This document shows positions 39,001 to 53,029 of a DNA stretch of 64,000 nucleotides, in pieces. A program made the position numbers and the translations under genes. A model generated the notes under the pieces. It was given only the letters and a program-made list of their open reading frames with translations. It did no database searches and was not told where the DNA came from. Numbering within the stretch: the first letter of the stretch is position 1; each line of letters opens with the position of its first letter. This stretch comes from Vairimorpha necatrix (lineage: Eukaryota), in the NCBI GenBank assembly GCA_036630325.1, contig CP142729.1, forward strand, positions 620,001-684,000. Direction: 5' to 3'.

Positions 39001-40974
39001 CACATAATCTACTAAGCCTTTGTAAAGATCTACCCTCAACTTCTTCTGATTTAATGGTACATGACCGTTTGGAACCCGCATTGAAAAATTCAAAAAAAGG
39101 GAAAAATAAAAAAATTATTATAAAGGGACTTAACGATTTATTTTAAATAATGACAGAAGACAATTTATCCGGTGATTTGGGAAATTTGGAAAGCCCAGTG
39201 AAACTGTAAATGGTACTCATAGTGTTCTTCTTTGTTTATGTTGATATCGAATATCTCTTATAGAAACGAGCCAAAACCAACTAAATTATATGGTGTTGTG
39301 ACTCAGAATCGTTAGAGGTTACAGCATTTATACATTGTTTCTTGGTACTGTGCTCCATCACTTTGCTTAGATAATGTGGCATCATATGCTACCCATTGAT
39401 TATAGATCATAATAGAAACAGGTTATACATTTTCTTGTGTTACCTCAAGGAAAAGCAGTATTTATACTAGTTACAGAAACGAGCAAGGCGCACGCAGATT
39501 CAGCATCAAATGTTTCCAAAATAAACTTTTCTTTATATTCCATGTATGCATACATTTCATCACTAAAAACCTCATCTGCTTCAACAAACATTGTTTTTGC
39601 TAATTTTGCCATTTTTTTAAAGGGGGGTCCTTAAAAATTTCAATGCGGGTTCCAAACGGTCATGTACCGATTTAATTTTATGAAGTTGGAGTTATTTGCT
39701 TCAACTTGTAGATATGAATCTACAATCCATTGTTGAAATAACTTTCCTCCATAAAGTAAAGGATTGAACTTATCTTTTCTTATAGATATCTATGCTATTT
39801 TATATTGCAGCAAAGATACCTTCTGTGCCTCTACAAGATAAGATTGAGTCCTCAAATTTGCATTCCATCCAGCCTCCCCATGTGGATAGAATAGAGTATA
39901 TGCCATTGGATCTAGATGGGGACTTAAAATATCCAAATGTAAATTATCAGAATTGAGACCCTTACTATATACTTTGATGTCCCTTTAAATGGTGATTCTC
40001 CATTTGGATCAGTAAAAATCATTGCGATTTCACTTGTAGAGGGAGCATTATAACTTCTCTGATCCCTTTCTAAATTTTTATTAAAAACCATTGTGATGTC
40101 TTTAACTTCCTTTCCCATCTCCTTTTGCTCATTTATTACTTCTGACATATTCTTGTATGCTCTAGAATATGGATTGGCCAATCTTATAAATCCATCTAAT
40201 TTGCTCATGATATTAATATCACAATTTCTATTAGAAGGATTCATCATTCTCTGAGAATTTGCCATATCACTATCTACTACATATAATTGAGCATACTTCT
40301 TTGGTGCATTAGAATCCATATTATTCACATTATACGTATTATGATATACTTGACCATGTATCTTAAATACATATGGACCATTAGACACAGTTTCTATTTT
40401 CGCACCAAGAGAAGCAAAAGAAAGAGCAGCATTGTAAGATCTAATATTTTCTCTGAAGTTTTTTGAATCTTTATCTTTTCAAATGAAAAAATTCCTTATG
40501 TCCTCTGGGAAGTCTCTTGTTCTTTGTAACTTGACTTTACCAAAATGACAGCAGCTTTTGTATAATCCATTACTGCTTGCTTCTCCAGCAAAATGTAATG
40601 CACCACAAAAGCCACATTCTTCTTTCAAATCTCCACAATAATGTTCAGCATAGTTTCTGCTTGTGATACTACATGCTACATCTAATCTTTCCGTAAGAGC
40701 TTCTAATATTCTGTTATCTTTTAAGTCATCTAATTCTTCTTTGTTGTTTATTGGATTGCTTAGTGCTTTGTTGTCGCTAGAGAAACTGAATATAGAATTC
40801 CTTTTTTTGTTTCTCTAGCATTTGTTTTTTTATTTTTTGGATTATATACAGAGGTGTTGGCCTCATAGAAAATAACATTGTTATTTTCTGTATTACTACA
40901 AATCCCCTGAGAGATAGTAACAGTTGCTTTAAGTTGCTTATCAAATCGTTGTTTGCTTGATTTTTCATAAACAT
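36059..40974 (-). pseudogene. RepHel transposase
   Basis: PDLFITMTC, EFQKRGLPHAHILI (HUH) and YIFKY; GPAGSGKT, IDEVSM, GDFRQ, TIHKAQGQS and HGQLYVALSRV. Several frameshifts and a MITE insertion. Confidence 0.93.
39056..39668 (-). mobile_element. Merlin-type non-autonomous element (613 bp) inside the Helitron
   Basis: Perfect ~31-bp TIR GGTACATGACCGTTTGGAACCCGCATTGAAA and 8-bp TSD GATTTAAT. Confidence 0.88.
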
Positions 40975-41554
40975 AAGAGGGGTGGAGAAAAAAATTTTAT
41001 TTATAGTTTTTGAAATTCCATTGGGGAAGAAGAAAACAAAAAGGAGAATACGATTTTTATAAATAGAATTGATATTAGTGTAAATCTTATTTAATTGAGT
41101 TTGTTAGTCAGTTGATAAATTTCTAATGTTTGTTTCTTGTTTTGATTTTTGATTTTCCATTTCTGGTAGGAAGAATTAAAAAGGAGCAAATGTGATTTTT
41201 AGAAATTAAGTATATTATTGAACCAACATTGCAGTGTTGAAGTTAATTCAGAAGCAAATATAAATTCAAATGAGTTAATTTCACACATTAGCAACCAATT
41301 TTTTAAAAGTTGTGTCACATTGTTTTGTTTTCACTTTCTAAAAGGAAGAAATTAAAAATGAGAAAATCGTATTTCTTATTATTTCAAAAATTATTTATAA
41401 ATAAAATGTAAATAATGTAAGTGGTTCAAAATTGTCTATAAAATACAATTTAAGTATTCAAACTCATTTTTAGATCAAAATTAGCAATTTTATTTTTTAC
41501 CATTTTTTATATTTTAGGGGTAAAAAATTAAATAAAATTCTTTTATATATATGA

Positions 41555-42079
41555 CTAGCGTATGCTTTCCCGTTTTGAAAACGGGATCTAAATGTTTAGT
41601 TTTTTAATATTTATTTCCCCTTTTAATTTCGTTAAGTTTCCATTTTGGGATGAATGAATTTGAAAAGGAAAAACATGATTTTGAAAAATACTTTTTAGTA
41701 ACATATAAGGAGTAAACTTGATCTAAAAACATTTAATAATTATAATGAGATACTTTTAGGATTTTCTAAGCTCAATTTTTGACACTTATATTCAACTTAT
41801 TTTTGGTACATGTTTTTGTGAATTTTTTCGTAGAAGGGTCAAATAAATTCTAAAAAACGATTCTGACGATATTTTGGAACTGAGTTTTACAAAAATAATA
41901 ATATGAATTAAAATGCATTAATATATAATATACGCACTCACAATTATCAAATTAATACATTAAATCTATATATGATATTATATTAACGTAAAAGGCTTAA
42001 AATGTATCGTTTAGATTTTACAAAACCACAAAAAAGAGGGGTAAAAAATTAAAATAAAATTCTTTTATATATATGATGA
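41555..42079 (-). mobile_element. Non-autonomous Helitron, unit 2
   Basis: Hairpin CCCGTTTT-C-AAAACGGG plus CTAG at the 3' end; same 5' TCATATATATAAAAGAATTTTATT terminus as the full element. Confidence 0.8.
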
Positions 42080-44217
42080 CTATCGTATGCTTTCCCGTTT
42101 TGAAAACGGGATATAAATGTTTTGTTTCATAATATGTCTTGCCTCGGTAAATTTTGGTAAGTTTCCATTTGACATAATTGAATTTGACAGAGTATGACAT
42201 GATTATTAGAAATGTTTTTTAGTGTTATAGAAGGAGTAAAGTTGAGTTAAAAACACTTATGAGTCTCATTGAAATGGTTCCGGGATTTTCTAAGCTCAAT
42301 TTTTGACACTTATGTTCAACTTTTTCTTTAGTTGATATTTTTTGAATTTTTTCTAGAAGGGTTAAATAAATTCTAAAAAACGATTCTGATGATATTTTGG
42401 AACTGAGTTTTCTAAAAATAATAAATAGAATAAAAATGAATTAATATATAGTATACGCCGTTAAAATTATCAAATTAAAGCATTGAGTTTAAATTTGTTG
42501 TACGTAAAACTGTCATTGGAAACATGGGGCTATTTATTTACTGAATTTATAGTCCAAATGTCACATGTCAAATATCTTGTGTCGAATGTCATTTGATAAA
42601 TAATTGGATGACATTTGACATTTATACTTTCAACAAAATTTGATATTACAATAACATAATAAGCCATAATAAGAAGTTTAAAGTTTACAAAACCACATAA
42701 AATAGGGGTAAAAATTTAATAAAATTCTTTTATACAGTCCGTTGCATGATCTTAAGACACCCCCATTTTTCGATTATACTAGCGTGTTTAATGGCTTAAA
42801 CATCACAATAAAATCATTTTTTCAAGTATTTGCACCTTTTAAACCTTTTTAATTAAATAATTTTTGATGAAACCACTTGCATTGGACTGCACTCGTTTTT
42901 TATCGAAATTAGGTGTTGCATAATCTTAAGACAGTTTTCGTTTTGGAGGAAAAAGTTACCTCCAAAAAAGTTTAAGAAAAGCCTATTTTATTTGCCCTTA
43001 ATGAGCAAAGGTTTGCCACTGACTGATTTAGAAAAATCCATGATAATATATATGACCAAGGAAAAAAATCAATTTCTCAAATAAGTAAAGATTTAAAGAG
43101 ATCTAGAACAGTAATCGGCAATTTTTTAAAAAATCCTGCTATTTATGGAGTTAAAAGATTTACTGGAAGACCAAAAAAGCTTTCACTAAGAACAAGAGCA
43201 AGAGTAATTAAACTTGCTCGAGGAAAAAACAAAACAGCAAATTTTATTAAAGGACAACTAGAACTTAAGGTGCATAAATGTACAATATTAAGAGTATTAA
43301 AAAACGAAGAAAAGTTGACAAGAAGAAAAATAAAACGAAGGCAGTATTTAACAAAGCCTCATAAAAAAACAGAATCAGGGTTTCAGGCAAATATGAAGAT
43401 CTAGAAGAAGGATGGAAAAATGTAATATTTTCAATTGAAAAAAGTTAAATTTGGACGGTCCAGATGGATTTTTCTACTGTTGGGCTAGTTTAAATATTAA
43501 AAAAGTAGTCTATTCGCGCAGAGCCATGGGCGGACCGTCGGTTATGATTTGGGGCTGTTTTAATTACAGCGAGAAATCGGAATTGGCGATTTTTGAAGGA
43601 AATATAGACAGTAATAAATATTAAGACATACTTGATGTTTTTTTATTCCCTTTATTATTGAACAGAATCTTGTGGATCCTATTTTTCAGCAGGATAATGC
43701 AAGAGCACATGTTTCAAAATCAACAAAAAAACTGGTTTGTAAACAATATTATTGAGAGAATGTTCTGTCCTTCTTTTCTCGGGATTTAAATCCGATTGAA
43801 AATCTTTGGGGAGAACTTCCCAGAATGGTTTATGATGATGGAAAGGTGTATGATGATATTGATTCATTAAAAAAATCAATCAACGAAAACTGGCATATAT
43901 AAGTCAAAGATATTGTCAAAAGATAGTAGATTCTATGGAAAAGAAACTTACAATAGTTTTAAATAACGATGGAGGCTCAACAAAATATTAACCCTTTTAT
44001 ATTCTAAATTGTCTTAAGATTATGCAACACCTAATTTCGATAAAAAACGAGTGCAGTCCAATGCAAGTGGTTTCCTCATAAATTATTTAATTAAAAAGGT
44101 TTAAAAGGTGCAAATACTTGAAAAAATGATTTTATTGTGATGTTTAAGCCATTAAACACGCTAGTATAATCGAAAAATGGGGGTGTCTTAAGATTATGCA
44201 ACGGACTGTATATATGA
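42080..44217 (-). mobile_element. Non-autonomous Helitron, unit 3 (contains a Tc1 insertion)
   Basis: Diverged direct repeat of unit 2; 5' TC at 44217 preceded by A. Confidence 0.75.
42735..44208 (+). mobile_element. Tc1/Tc3-like transposon with ~200-bp IR-DR TIRs, transposase disrupted (43001-43991)
   Basis: TA TSD, CAGTCCG ends, internal direct repeat GTTGCAT.ATCTTAAGACA; FQQDNA and LNPIENLWG motifs. Confidence 0.92.
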
Positions 44218-44507
44218 TAGTTGTTTAATTAAATATCAAAAAAAATCATTCTTTTCGAACATCTCAATTTGTAACAAAAATTTGTTAAATCATTTATCTT
44301 TATATTTAAATGCTTATACTCTCGTTTTTTTAAAACTGTCGATTTTTTTTTGTTTGTGTGTGCACAAATCAAAAATTGACACTTAATATAATGTGTTAAG
44401 AAAATTAATATGAGTACTAGAGAAGAATAGTGATATAAATAAATAAAACTAAGTCGAAATCAAAAAATATAGATAAATAAAAATAATTAAAAAATACCAA
44501 TGTGATG

Positions 44508-46325
44508 TGTCAAACGTTTTATTAGAATTTTCCATCCCCATTTGGAAATGTTTTTAAATACTTTTTGTAGCCAATCAAATCTGTCCATTTGTAGAATATG
44601 ATTGGCCAGTATTTGATCGGCTACGACACCCCCTCAATCAGTCTTTAACGTGTCCTTCTTAATATGACCCATGTTAACTCTCAATTCGTCCGTTGAATTT
44701 TTTTACCAGAAATGCGTCTACACTTAGAATTTCGACAAAAATATAACCAGGTGACCATTTGGCTTCTAATTTTCCACTTCCTTGGTAATCCCTGTAAACT
44801 AAAACGTCTTCTCCTACTCTAAATTTTTGTTTGATGTCTCTCTTTCCCTTGACGATGTATTTACTGTACTTTTTGAAGTTCGAATCCCGCTTACGTAACA
44901 GCTCTTGTTTCGAATAAGTCTTAGGGGTAACCCCAATTCTCTCATCTACGGTTGTTGTTATTTGTTGACCGAATTTTAAAATATATGGCGACGTTCCTAT
45001 TGACCGATTAAACGACAGATTTACTGCCAGTGTAGCTTCTTTAACAACTTTTTTCCAACTGATTTCTCCATAATTAGATAGTTTTCTAATTTTGTTCGTC
45101 AATGTCTGTATGGCCCTCTCCACTGCGCCAGTAGTCTGATGATGATACGGCGAACAAAATTCCCACGATATGTTATACTTGGTTCCCAATGCTTGTAACT
45201 CTGAGTTATCAAACTCTAAACCATTGTCCGTTAATATTCTCTGGTATACCGTGCTTACCAATAATTTATTCCTCGATTGCCTTGTATATTTCACAGCCAC
45301 TCTTGCTTCTCAAAATCTTGGTTTCTATCCATTTAGAGTAGTGATCGATCGCTACAAGTATGTAACCACTTCCACCATTGTCGGTAAGCTTTCCTGGAAG
45401 ATCGAATTTCCACAGTTGATTTGGCCTTTCGGGAGGTATGACCTTGTTCTTTGTTTTGATGCGTCGATATCCAGAGCGTAAGCATGTTTTACAATTACTT
45501 ACAAATTGGGCTATGTCTCGATACATGTTTTTCCACTTATGTAATTGTGAAATCATAAATTTCATGGTGTTCATCAACCCATGTCCTGAGATTTTATGAT
45601 ACTCTTCAAGTATATTCTTAATGTTACTGTCCGATAATTGATGTGTATTGATATCACATGTTTCACACGCTTGGTGGAATCTACTAAAACCATCTACTAT
45701 GTTATTCTCCCCTTTTATATATTCTAATTCAAATTGGTGCTCCGCTAATTTGAGTGCCCACCTGAGAATCCTACTTGTTGGATCCTTTACTGTCCAGAGG
45801 TAGATTAAAGCCTTATGGTCTGTTCTAAGCGTAAATTTTCTTTCTAAAAGATAATGTCTAAAATGCTCTATTCCTTTAACCAACCCGAGGAGTTCTTTAT
45901 CTGTTACAGAGTAATTTTCCTGGAAATTGTCCAGCCTCTTGCTAAAGGCAGCTATCATTTTTTCGGCTCCGCCTTTGTTCTTTTGTAGAAGGACTGCTCT
46001 GATTCCTGTTTCGGATGCGTCTGTGACAAGTATGAATGGAGCATTAAAATTGGGCTGTGTGCGTATAGTATTTTGACTTAATACTTTTTTGACGTTTTTG
46101 AATGTTTCTAATTGTTGCTCCGTAAGTGATAGCTTTTTATTGGAGGTCTGCTTTCCGCCTTTGAGTAAATCGTACAGAGGTCCTGTGACTTCCGCCATTT
46201 TTGCAGCAAAGTCTCTGCAATAGTTAGCCATTCCTAAGAAGCTTCTTAATTCTTTCAAGAGTAGGGATCGGATACGCCAGTATGTCTTTGATTCGTGTTT
46301 CATCTACCTTGATAACTCCATTGCC
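44508..46325 (-). mobile_element. Gypsy 3' half (LTR 44508-44628, RNase H, integrase), related to the 53030-56930 element
   Basis: LTR similar to the 53030 LTR; PPT; TDASE and TDNG motifs. Confidence 0.88.
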
Positions 46326-47432
46326 GGCGCTCCTTAAATTCAAAATCACAGGGGTTAAAAAAAATTAAAAAATTCGCGAACATGTATTGTAAACATTCTA
46401 CAAAAAAATTCCAAATGCCCCTATGATTTTGAATTTAAGGAAAGCGATTTTTTGAATTTTAATTTTTTACACCCTAATGCAAGTAAAGAACCTCTACAGC
46501 ATAATCTTTGTTGAAGAGGAACCAGCAATAGAGTACTTAAAGTCTCTAAACTTCCACAGACATACTGTAAGGTGTGAGTGTGGTTTTTTTATGAACCAAG
46601 TCCAAAAATTACTTGGAAAGAATCTGCTTTTATTGCACGAATGGCTGCAAAAAAAGAAAAAGTATCAACAATGGTACTTTTCTCCAGAAGTCTCGAATGC
46701 CCACACATATACAACTTAGAATGTTATATTGTTGGGTAATTTAAATGACTAACTTCATGGCCTCAGTAACATGCGAGGTCTCCGAGCCCACCTACATTTC
46801 TTTTAGGGCTTTATCCTAGAAAAAATAAAAAATGAAATAAATACATTTTTTGTAAAAATAGGGGGAATAGGTAAAACTATTCAGGTTGACGAAACAGCAA
46901 TCTGTAGAGGTCGTATTATACGAATCCTACTACAGAATAAGATGATATACCTGGAACGACTTGGTTGGTTGGGGGTATAGAAAATGAAGATAGGGACTGT
47001 TTTCTAAAAATTGTTCCTAATAGGACTGCGGCTGTAAAGTTAGAGCTTTTTAAGGAGTATGTTGTCGAAGGAACGATAATAAGAACTGATGGTTTTGCAT
47101 CTTATCGTTCTGCTGTTCGTGACTTCGGATCTGTTCATGAAGTTTTTAATCATAGTGTTGGCTTTACTAATGAGTATGGACATCATACTAATAAAATAGA
47201 GAATCTATGGAGTCATCTAAAAGCAGAATTAAGAACAAGAAGAGAAATAATGAAGGTGAATAAGGAAGATTTTATATATGAATTCCAATTTAGAAGTAAA
47301 TATCTAAAAGACAAAAATATCGATACTTATGCTGAAAATTTCAAAAAATACTTTTGTTAGAATAAATGGTTTTGGTTTTTTTTTAATTTTTATTTTTTTT
47401 TAACCCCTGAAATTTTGAATTTAAGGAGCGCC
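46326..47432 (+). mobile_element. Merlin transposon, frameshifted
   Basis: TIR GGCGCTCCTTAAATTCAAAAT..CAGGGGTTAAAA; QVDETA, RTDGFASY and HTNKIENLW motifs. No TSD found. Confidence 0.88.
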
Positions 47433-47680
47433 TAAAATTTTATAAAGATTCCCATTTCCTTCTATGGTCGTGTTATGAACTGGAGTAATTGGGTCTCGAA
47501 AATATAGCGAATGATTTACAAAAAGATGTTGGTTGCATATTAAGCCCAAATTATGATAGATTCTCCACATATCGCTATAAATTATACTATTCTTATCTAC
47601 GTGTTTTAATAAAACATTAGTGAGCGTTATTTAGGCTATTTTACATTTAAAAAATTTATTGAGTTAATTTGTTATTAAGA

Positions 47681-50600
47681 TTAGATATTTATAGCACAGG
47701 TTTCCCCGGTATCGCTCATGGGATTTAGCTCTTCACAGACTTTGGTTTCTGTGGAATTATTAATGTTTTCAAACTTTACTTTTTCAGCTTCATTTCCCTT
47801 TGCCGATACCACCTCTTTAACAGTCGCCATATTCGCTAGTACGCTTACAGCTCTAGCCACTTCTTCTTCTCCTGCATCCTTCTGATCGTATCCTCGTCGT
47901 CGTTTCAAAAAGATGGACTCTAAGTATTTTCTATCACAATAGACTGGATGTATGCTTCCAGTTAGGGTCAGATTTCTGGCTTCCTGATGTACTTTCTGTG
48001 ATATTTGATCACCCCATCCCATGTTATTACATAAGGAACTATTATTGTCCGAGATTCATGTATTAGTCCCAGTTCATTTGCAAGAAGATTATATTTTCGT
48101 AGTTTTTTGTTCTCGACTATAGTAAGTCAATCATAGTTGGTTATACCAACTTCAACTTTAAATTTTCTTTCTTTTTTTGTCAAACACAATAATAATAGAC
48201 TTATTATGGGTCGCCTTTAAATTGGTGGATATTCTCGTATCAACCCTTATTTCTGCACGTTCTCTTCCATGATCTCTTGTACGGAGTGTCCAAGAATTTT
48301 CTTTGTCTTCTTAAACCTATTTTTAGTACATAATAAGAGATGAATGCATCTAACTTCCTCGTTGTATCTTTTCATACTATCAAAACCCAACATTCGATAA
48401 CACTTGGTTGCTAAATGATCCACGGTCTTCCTATGAAATCCTCAATGCGGACATTGACCCTCTTGTCTACAAAAAAATATTTCTATCCTGTAGGAAGCAG
48501 TAAATTGCTTCGGATCTAGCCTGATTGTTTCCTTTGAACATCTAGGTAGAAGAGTCCCTAATACATACTAAACTATTGTCCCTAGCTTTAAACAACTTTC
48601 CATGGTTTGCCCTTGTGTCAATTTTGTTGTAAAGCACTTCTTTTGGGGATTATATTAGCATCTTCTGGGTTATCTCTCCTACAAAGCTTTACCTAATCCT
48701 TAGATACTCGTTAATTGTAGACAAGTGGGATTTGCTCTCTGCTTATACTTTAAGTATTACTGCCCGTCTTAGTGAGCTATTTCTAGACCCATCAACATTT
48801 TATAAATATTTAGAAGCATACTTTCGCTTCTATCTTCGATACTTATAAGGACACTTCCCATTTTGGACGTATGGGGATAAGTTTGCCAAAGTATAAAAGA
48901 AATTTTGAAAAAAAATAGCCCCCAAAAGGAGAAACCAAAATGAATAAATTTATTGTAAAATATCATCAGGAAGTTGTATAAATACGTAACTTTTTTAAAA
49001 CTTTTAAAAACAGTCATTGTATTTGAAGTATTATGTTTTAGGTATTGTTTTGTTATTTATTGTCTTTGCTGGAAGCTTGTTTTGTCAAGTTGTTTATTTG
49101 GTAAAGAAAATAAGCAAAAGAAATAAAGTATATCATACATTAAAATACATGAATCTTGAAAAGGACTGAAGAAAATAGTAAAAATTTTCATAAATTGCAA
49201 AGCTTGCCTTATTCAAGGCTTTGTTTATATTTTTATCGGCCCAGTATGCTGTTATTCTTTCTTTAGTACTAAAATAATTATCATAGTTAAAAATTTAAGT
49301 CTTGATCTTGATATTTATAACTCATTTTAAATGTCACAATTATTAGAATTGCTAAAATTTTTGACCTTCATCGTGTGTATTTCTGGCTCATCTTTTGGGT
49401 TTATTTTGCTTAGAAGTAATTGTCTTTCTGAATCATCAAGCATTGACGTTGTTGCCAATATAATTTTATTTTGAATTTTTCTGCTTTTAGGTTATTTCTT
49501 TTTATATCTTTTTTCACAAACAGTACTTACTTCGGAAAAGTACTCAATTTTTCATGATTATGTTCTTGATAAGTGTATGTTTTCTTTTTATAATAATAAT
49601 GCTTATACCAATACTGCAATTCTTAAGTAACAAGGGCAGTTTATAATACATGGGGGTTTTAAAATTAATTTGGCCTTTTGTATAGCTTTCCGTTGTTAAA
49701 TTTTAATGTCTTTTATTTTAACATGACTTTCTTTCCGATCTTGTAATCTTATTTCATTTTCCATTTTAAGGAGAGTTCTTAACATAAGGGAAAATTTAAA
49801 TTTACATAAAAAAAATTTATACAGTCTTTTAATGGCATAAAATTGGCTCAGAAGAGTAAATAAATTTGTTATATTGTATTTGTAAAATTTATTTTGTATC
49901 ATATTATTATTAAATTGGATTTTTAGTTTATAGAGTTTCTTCCCGATTCTGTTTCTTCGATTCAAAATTCATTTTTGAGGCTACTTTTTTTCAAATTTTC
50001 TTTTATACGTTGGCGGACTTTTCCACCAACCCCATCAACGTTTATAAATATTTAAAAGCATACTTCCGCTTTTATCTTCGATACTTATATGGCCACTTCC
50101 CATTTTGGATCTAGGTAGGTATAGTCTTTCCTTGCAGGCTAGCTGTAGATGGACCTGGTACTTGATAAGTACCTGTCGGATATCAAAATCGAGACTTTTA
50201 TAATCTATTGTTTCTAATTTTAAAAATCCTTCATGATAGTTTATTACTGATATTACATGCTTGTTTAAAGCTCGTATCATATTCTTCCATTTAATTGAGT
50301 CTTGCACAGTTTTTCAACCCTCTGAAGTATCTCATTTCACATTTTCATTAAGTCTCTCTTTTGACAGCACTAGAGGCATACTCTGTTATTCCAAGGTATT
50401 TGTATCCTTAAAGCCCTTCTAGTACTACTAATCTCCGCTACAATCAATACAGTTAGTTACGGACTTACTCCTGTTTATTTCTTAACCTACCGCCGAAAAA
50501 GAACTTTATAGTTTCCCAATTTATCAGCCTTATAACGACATCGTTCTCTGAAAAAGATCAAGATCATCAATAAATAGAAGATGGTTTGTTACATAAAAAA

Positions 50601-50880
50601 TTCGTGGGTCTGTATTCCTACTTTTGGGTAGTTGAATTCAGTTTCCTGCCCTACGCCTACATACATAGTAAAACAAAAGCGGCGACGAGGAATCCCCTTG
50701 TAATATGCCCCTTCCAATCTTCATATTCAGTATCGCTTCCGATCCTGATTTTATCTCAATGTGCCACGCTTTAACAGTGACTTCTAAGAATTTACTTATC
50801 TATTGAGGGAGATTTAACTTGCTAATGCACGTTAATAGATAAGAATGGTCTACGAAGTCGTAGGCCTTCTTTACATCTAT
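47681..50880 (-). mobile_element. Non-LTR retrotransposon with restriction-like endonuclease (R4/Dong-like), decayed
   Basis: NHLLFIDD, YKYLGI, ERLYLPR, TVDHLATKC zinc finger and VEVGIT..K..KY RLE motifs; interrupted by a MULE. Confidence 0.8.
48868..50030 (-). mobile_element. MULE deletion derivative (same family as 20632-26313)
   Basis: TIRs and the N-terminal MENEIRLQDRKE match the 20632 element. Confidence 0.82.
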
Positions 50881-50889
50881 CAACATGGT

Positions 50890-51557
50890 CTTCAGCTTGT
50901 TTATTTGCTCTATTTAACTGCTATATTAATTATTGCTTGTTCTTTTGCTCCTTGGACTTGTCTAACGGCCCTAATTGGTTCTCTGCTAGTAAGTCTCTTT
51001 TCACAATATATATTTATAAAAATAATTCGGCGTTTTATGGTACGTTCGACCATACCAAAATACCACAAACTTATTACAATTTTGCCTCTATCATTCTTAT
51101 TCTTACCAACCTTCGTACCATCGATTTCATCTATTTTGTTTTCACCACCTATAATCTTGGTTCTAGATAATTTTTCTATAAATATCAGATTTTTTAACCT
51201 TGTAATATAGTTGAAACAGATTCGGCAGAACAACCATAAATTTGACAAATAGATTTTCGAAGAAGCCAAGAATCCACATATCAGCATTTGTAATATGGTT
51301 ATGTTTAAAATCTTTAAAGAAAGTATCTTTCCATATTGAAGTTGTATTTTACATGTACTCCATTTACACTTTATAATAAGGATTTTTCCATAATTATCAT
51401 CTGAGAATCACTTAACTAACATTTCAAAATTTTATTTTTTTGCTATCAAATTATTATATATTATTTCTAATTCTTCTTTTTAAATTATCTCCTCCATTTT
51501 CCAAAAGGGGCGAAACCCCCTATATCGAAAATTTTCTGCTAAAGCCGACATTAGCCC
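50890..51557 (-). mobile_element. Merlin 5' fragment
   Basis: IGGENKIDEIDGTKVG...WYFGMVERT; GGCTAAT terminus. Confidence 0.75.
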
Positions 51558-53029
51558 ATTAATTTATCTTTGTCTTGAAAAATCTATGGTTAGAAATTCT
51601 TATAATATGAAAAATAAAACAAAAGTTTATTTTTTTACTTAATTTGTACATAAAAACTAGAAAATTACTAAAAAGGACAAATTTATTAAATAATATCAAA
51701 ATGTTTTAACTGGAAAAAAAAAACTACAATAGAATTAAAAAATTATAGAAAACATATTTACACTCAATCAATATGCAGGTGTAACCATTTTATGTAATAA
51801 AACTCCTCTAATGCTTGTTAACTTCCTCAACATGGCACCCGGTACGGAACAAAAAATCAAAGGATCAACATTTAAACTTGCATAAGCCAAGCAAAGAGAT
51901 GAACCAATTTAAGCTTTAGTTGGCCCTAAAATCCTTCGATATAAGGTAAAGATTTAATCTTCCCTAGATTTTTGAGAGGAAGGCTCAAATTTTCATTACA
52001 AGAAACAAAGAAAAATTCACAAATGTAACATGGAGACATTTAAAAGGACGATTAGAAAAAATGACAGAGAAAATTACAGCATTTAAAATAGTAGAAGTCT
52101 AGCAAAGTTTAAATGAACCATTAAGTGAATGGTTATTAAGAATCATTAATATCGCTTATGATTCGGGTATGGATGAAGAAAATGCTAAACAAGTAATTCC
52201 TATTACCTTTTGATATAGAAGGATCCATAACATATAGAGACTATTTTCCAACCAGTCTCTATACGAAGATTACTTAAACAAGATAGAATTATTGAAAAGA
52301 AGAGAATACTATGTGGAAACCCCGTTTTTCATTTCAAACCCGCTAAGGTCGAACATAAAGAAGACAAGAATCAACAAACAGCCTTCTAAAGAAGAACATA
52401 AAATTTTATTAAAAAATTTTTAATCATAAATCTACAAACACCATTGAGAGAAGTTCAAGACAATGAAATTATGTCTTTCAGAGATAAACTAAACGCATTA
52501 GTAGATACAGGAAGTAATTTAAAATCTAATGTAAAGAAGCTGATAGAATAAATTGGGAGTTTGTTATAAAGACAAAAGAGAATACGGTAACTTATGTTTT
52601 TGATCAAAAAAATATCCTAATAGAACACGTAGAGTTAACAGCGAAAAAATACATCTTAAACTGTCATCTTTCACATTATGATAAATGGCACATTCTCTTT
52701 TGATTTGAAGCCCAACTATTCTTAATGTCCAAGAATCGTGATATGAGATAGAACTCAAGAAAAGATTTTATGAAGTCTTTGACGATGAATTAACAGAAGG
52801 TTATAATAAAATATTATCCACAATAGATACAAAAGAAGGTGCCAAGTCAATAAGAAAATTACTACAATGTGACAGAGAGGATACCCAGAAACAATAACTA
52901 AACTTTTAAATTTGGATAAAGAAAAATCTACCTCATCTCGAGCAATCCTATTCGACCAATATAAACCCTTAATGGAGAATATATAAAACCCAGTATTATG
53001 CAATGGTTAAAAGAATTGTCAAAGACAAC

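Larger units (their letters stand above)
35918..41554 (-). mobile_element. Helitron (Rep-Pif1 helicase), frameshifted
   Basis: 5' TCATATATATAAAAG; 3' hairpin CCCGTTC-TCG-GAACGGG followed by CTAG; RepHel motifs. Confidence 0.93.

Noticed and set aside
47815-47840. Third ATG/PBS junction (TATGGCGACTG)
   Set aside because: There is no LTR upstream; it lies within the LINE C-terminal coding region.
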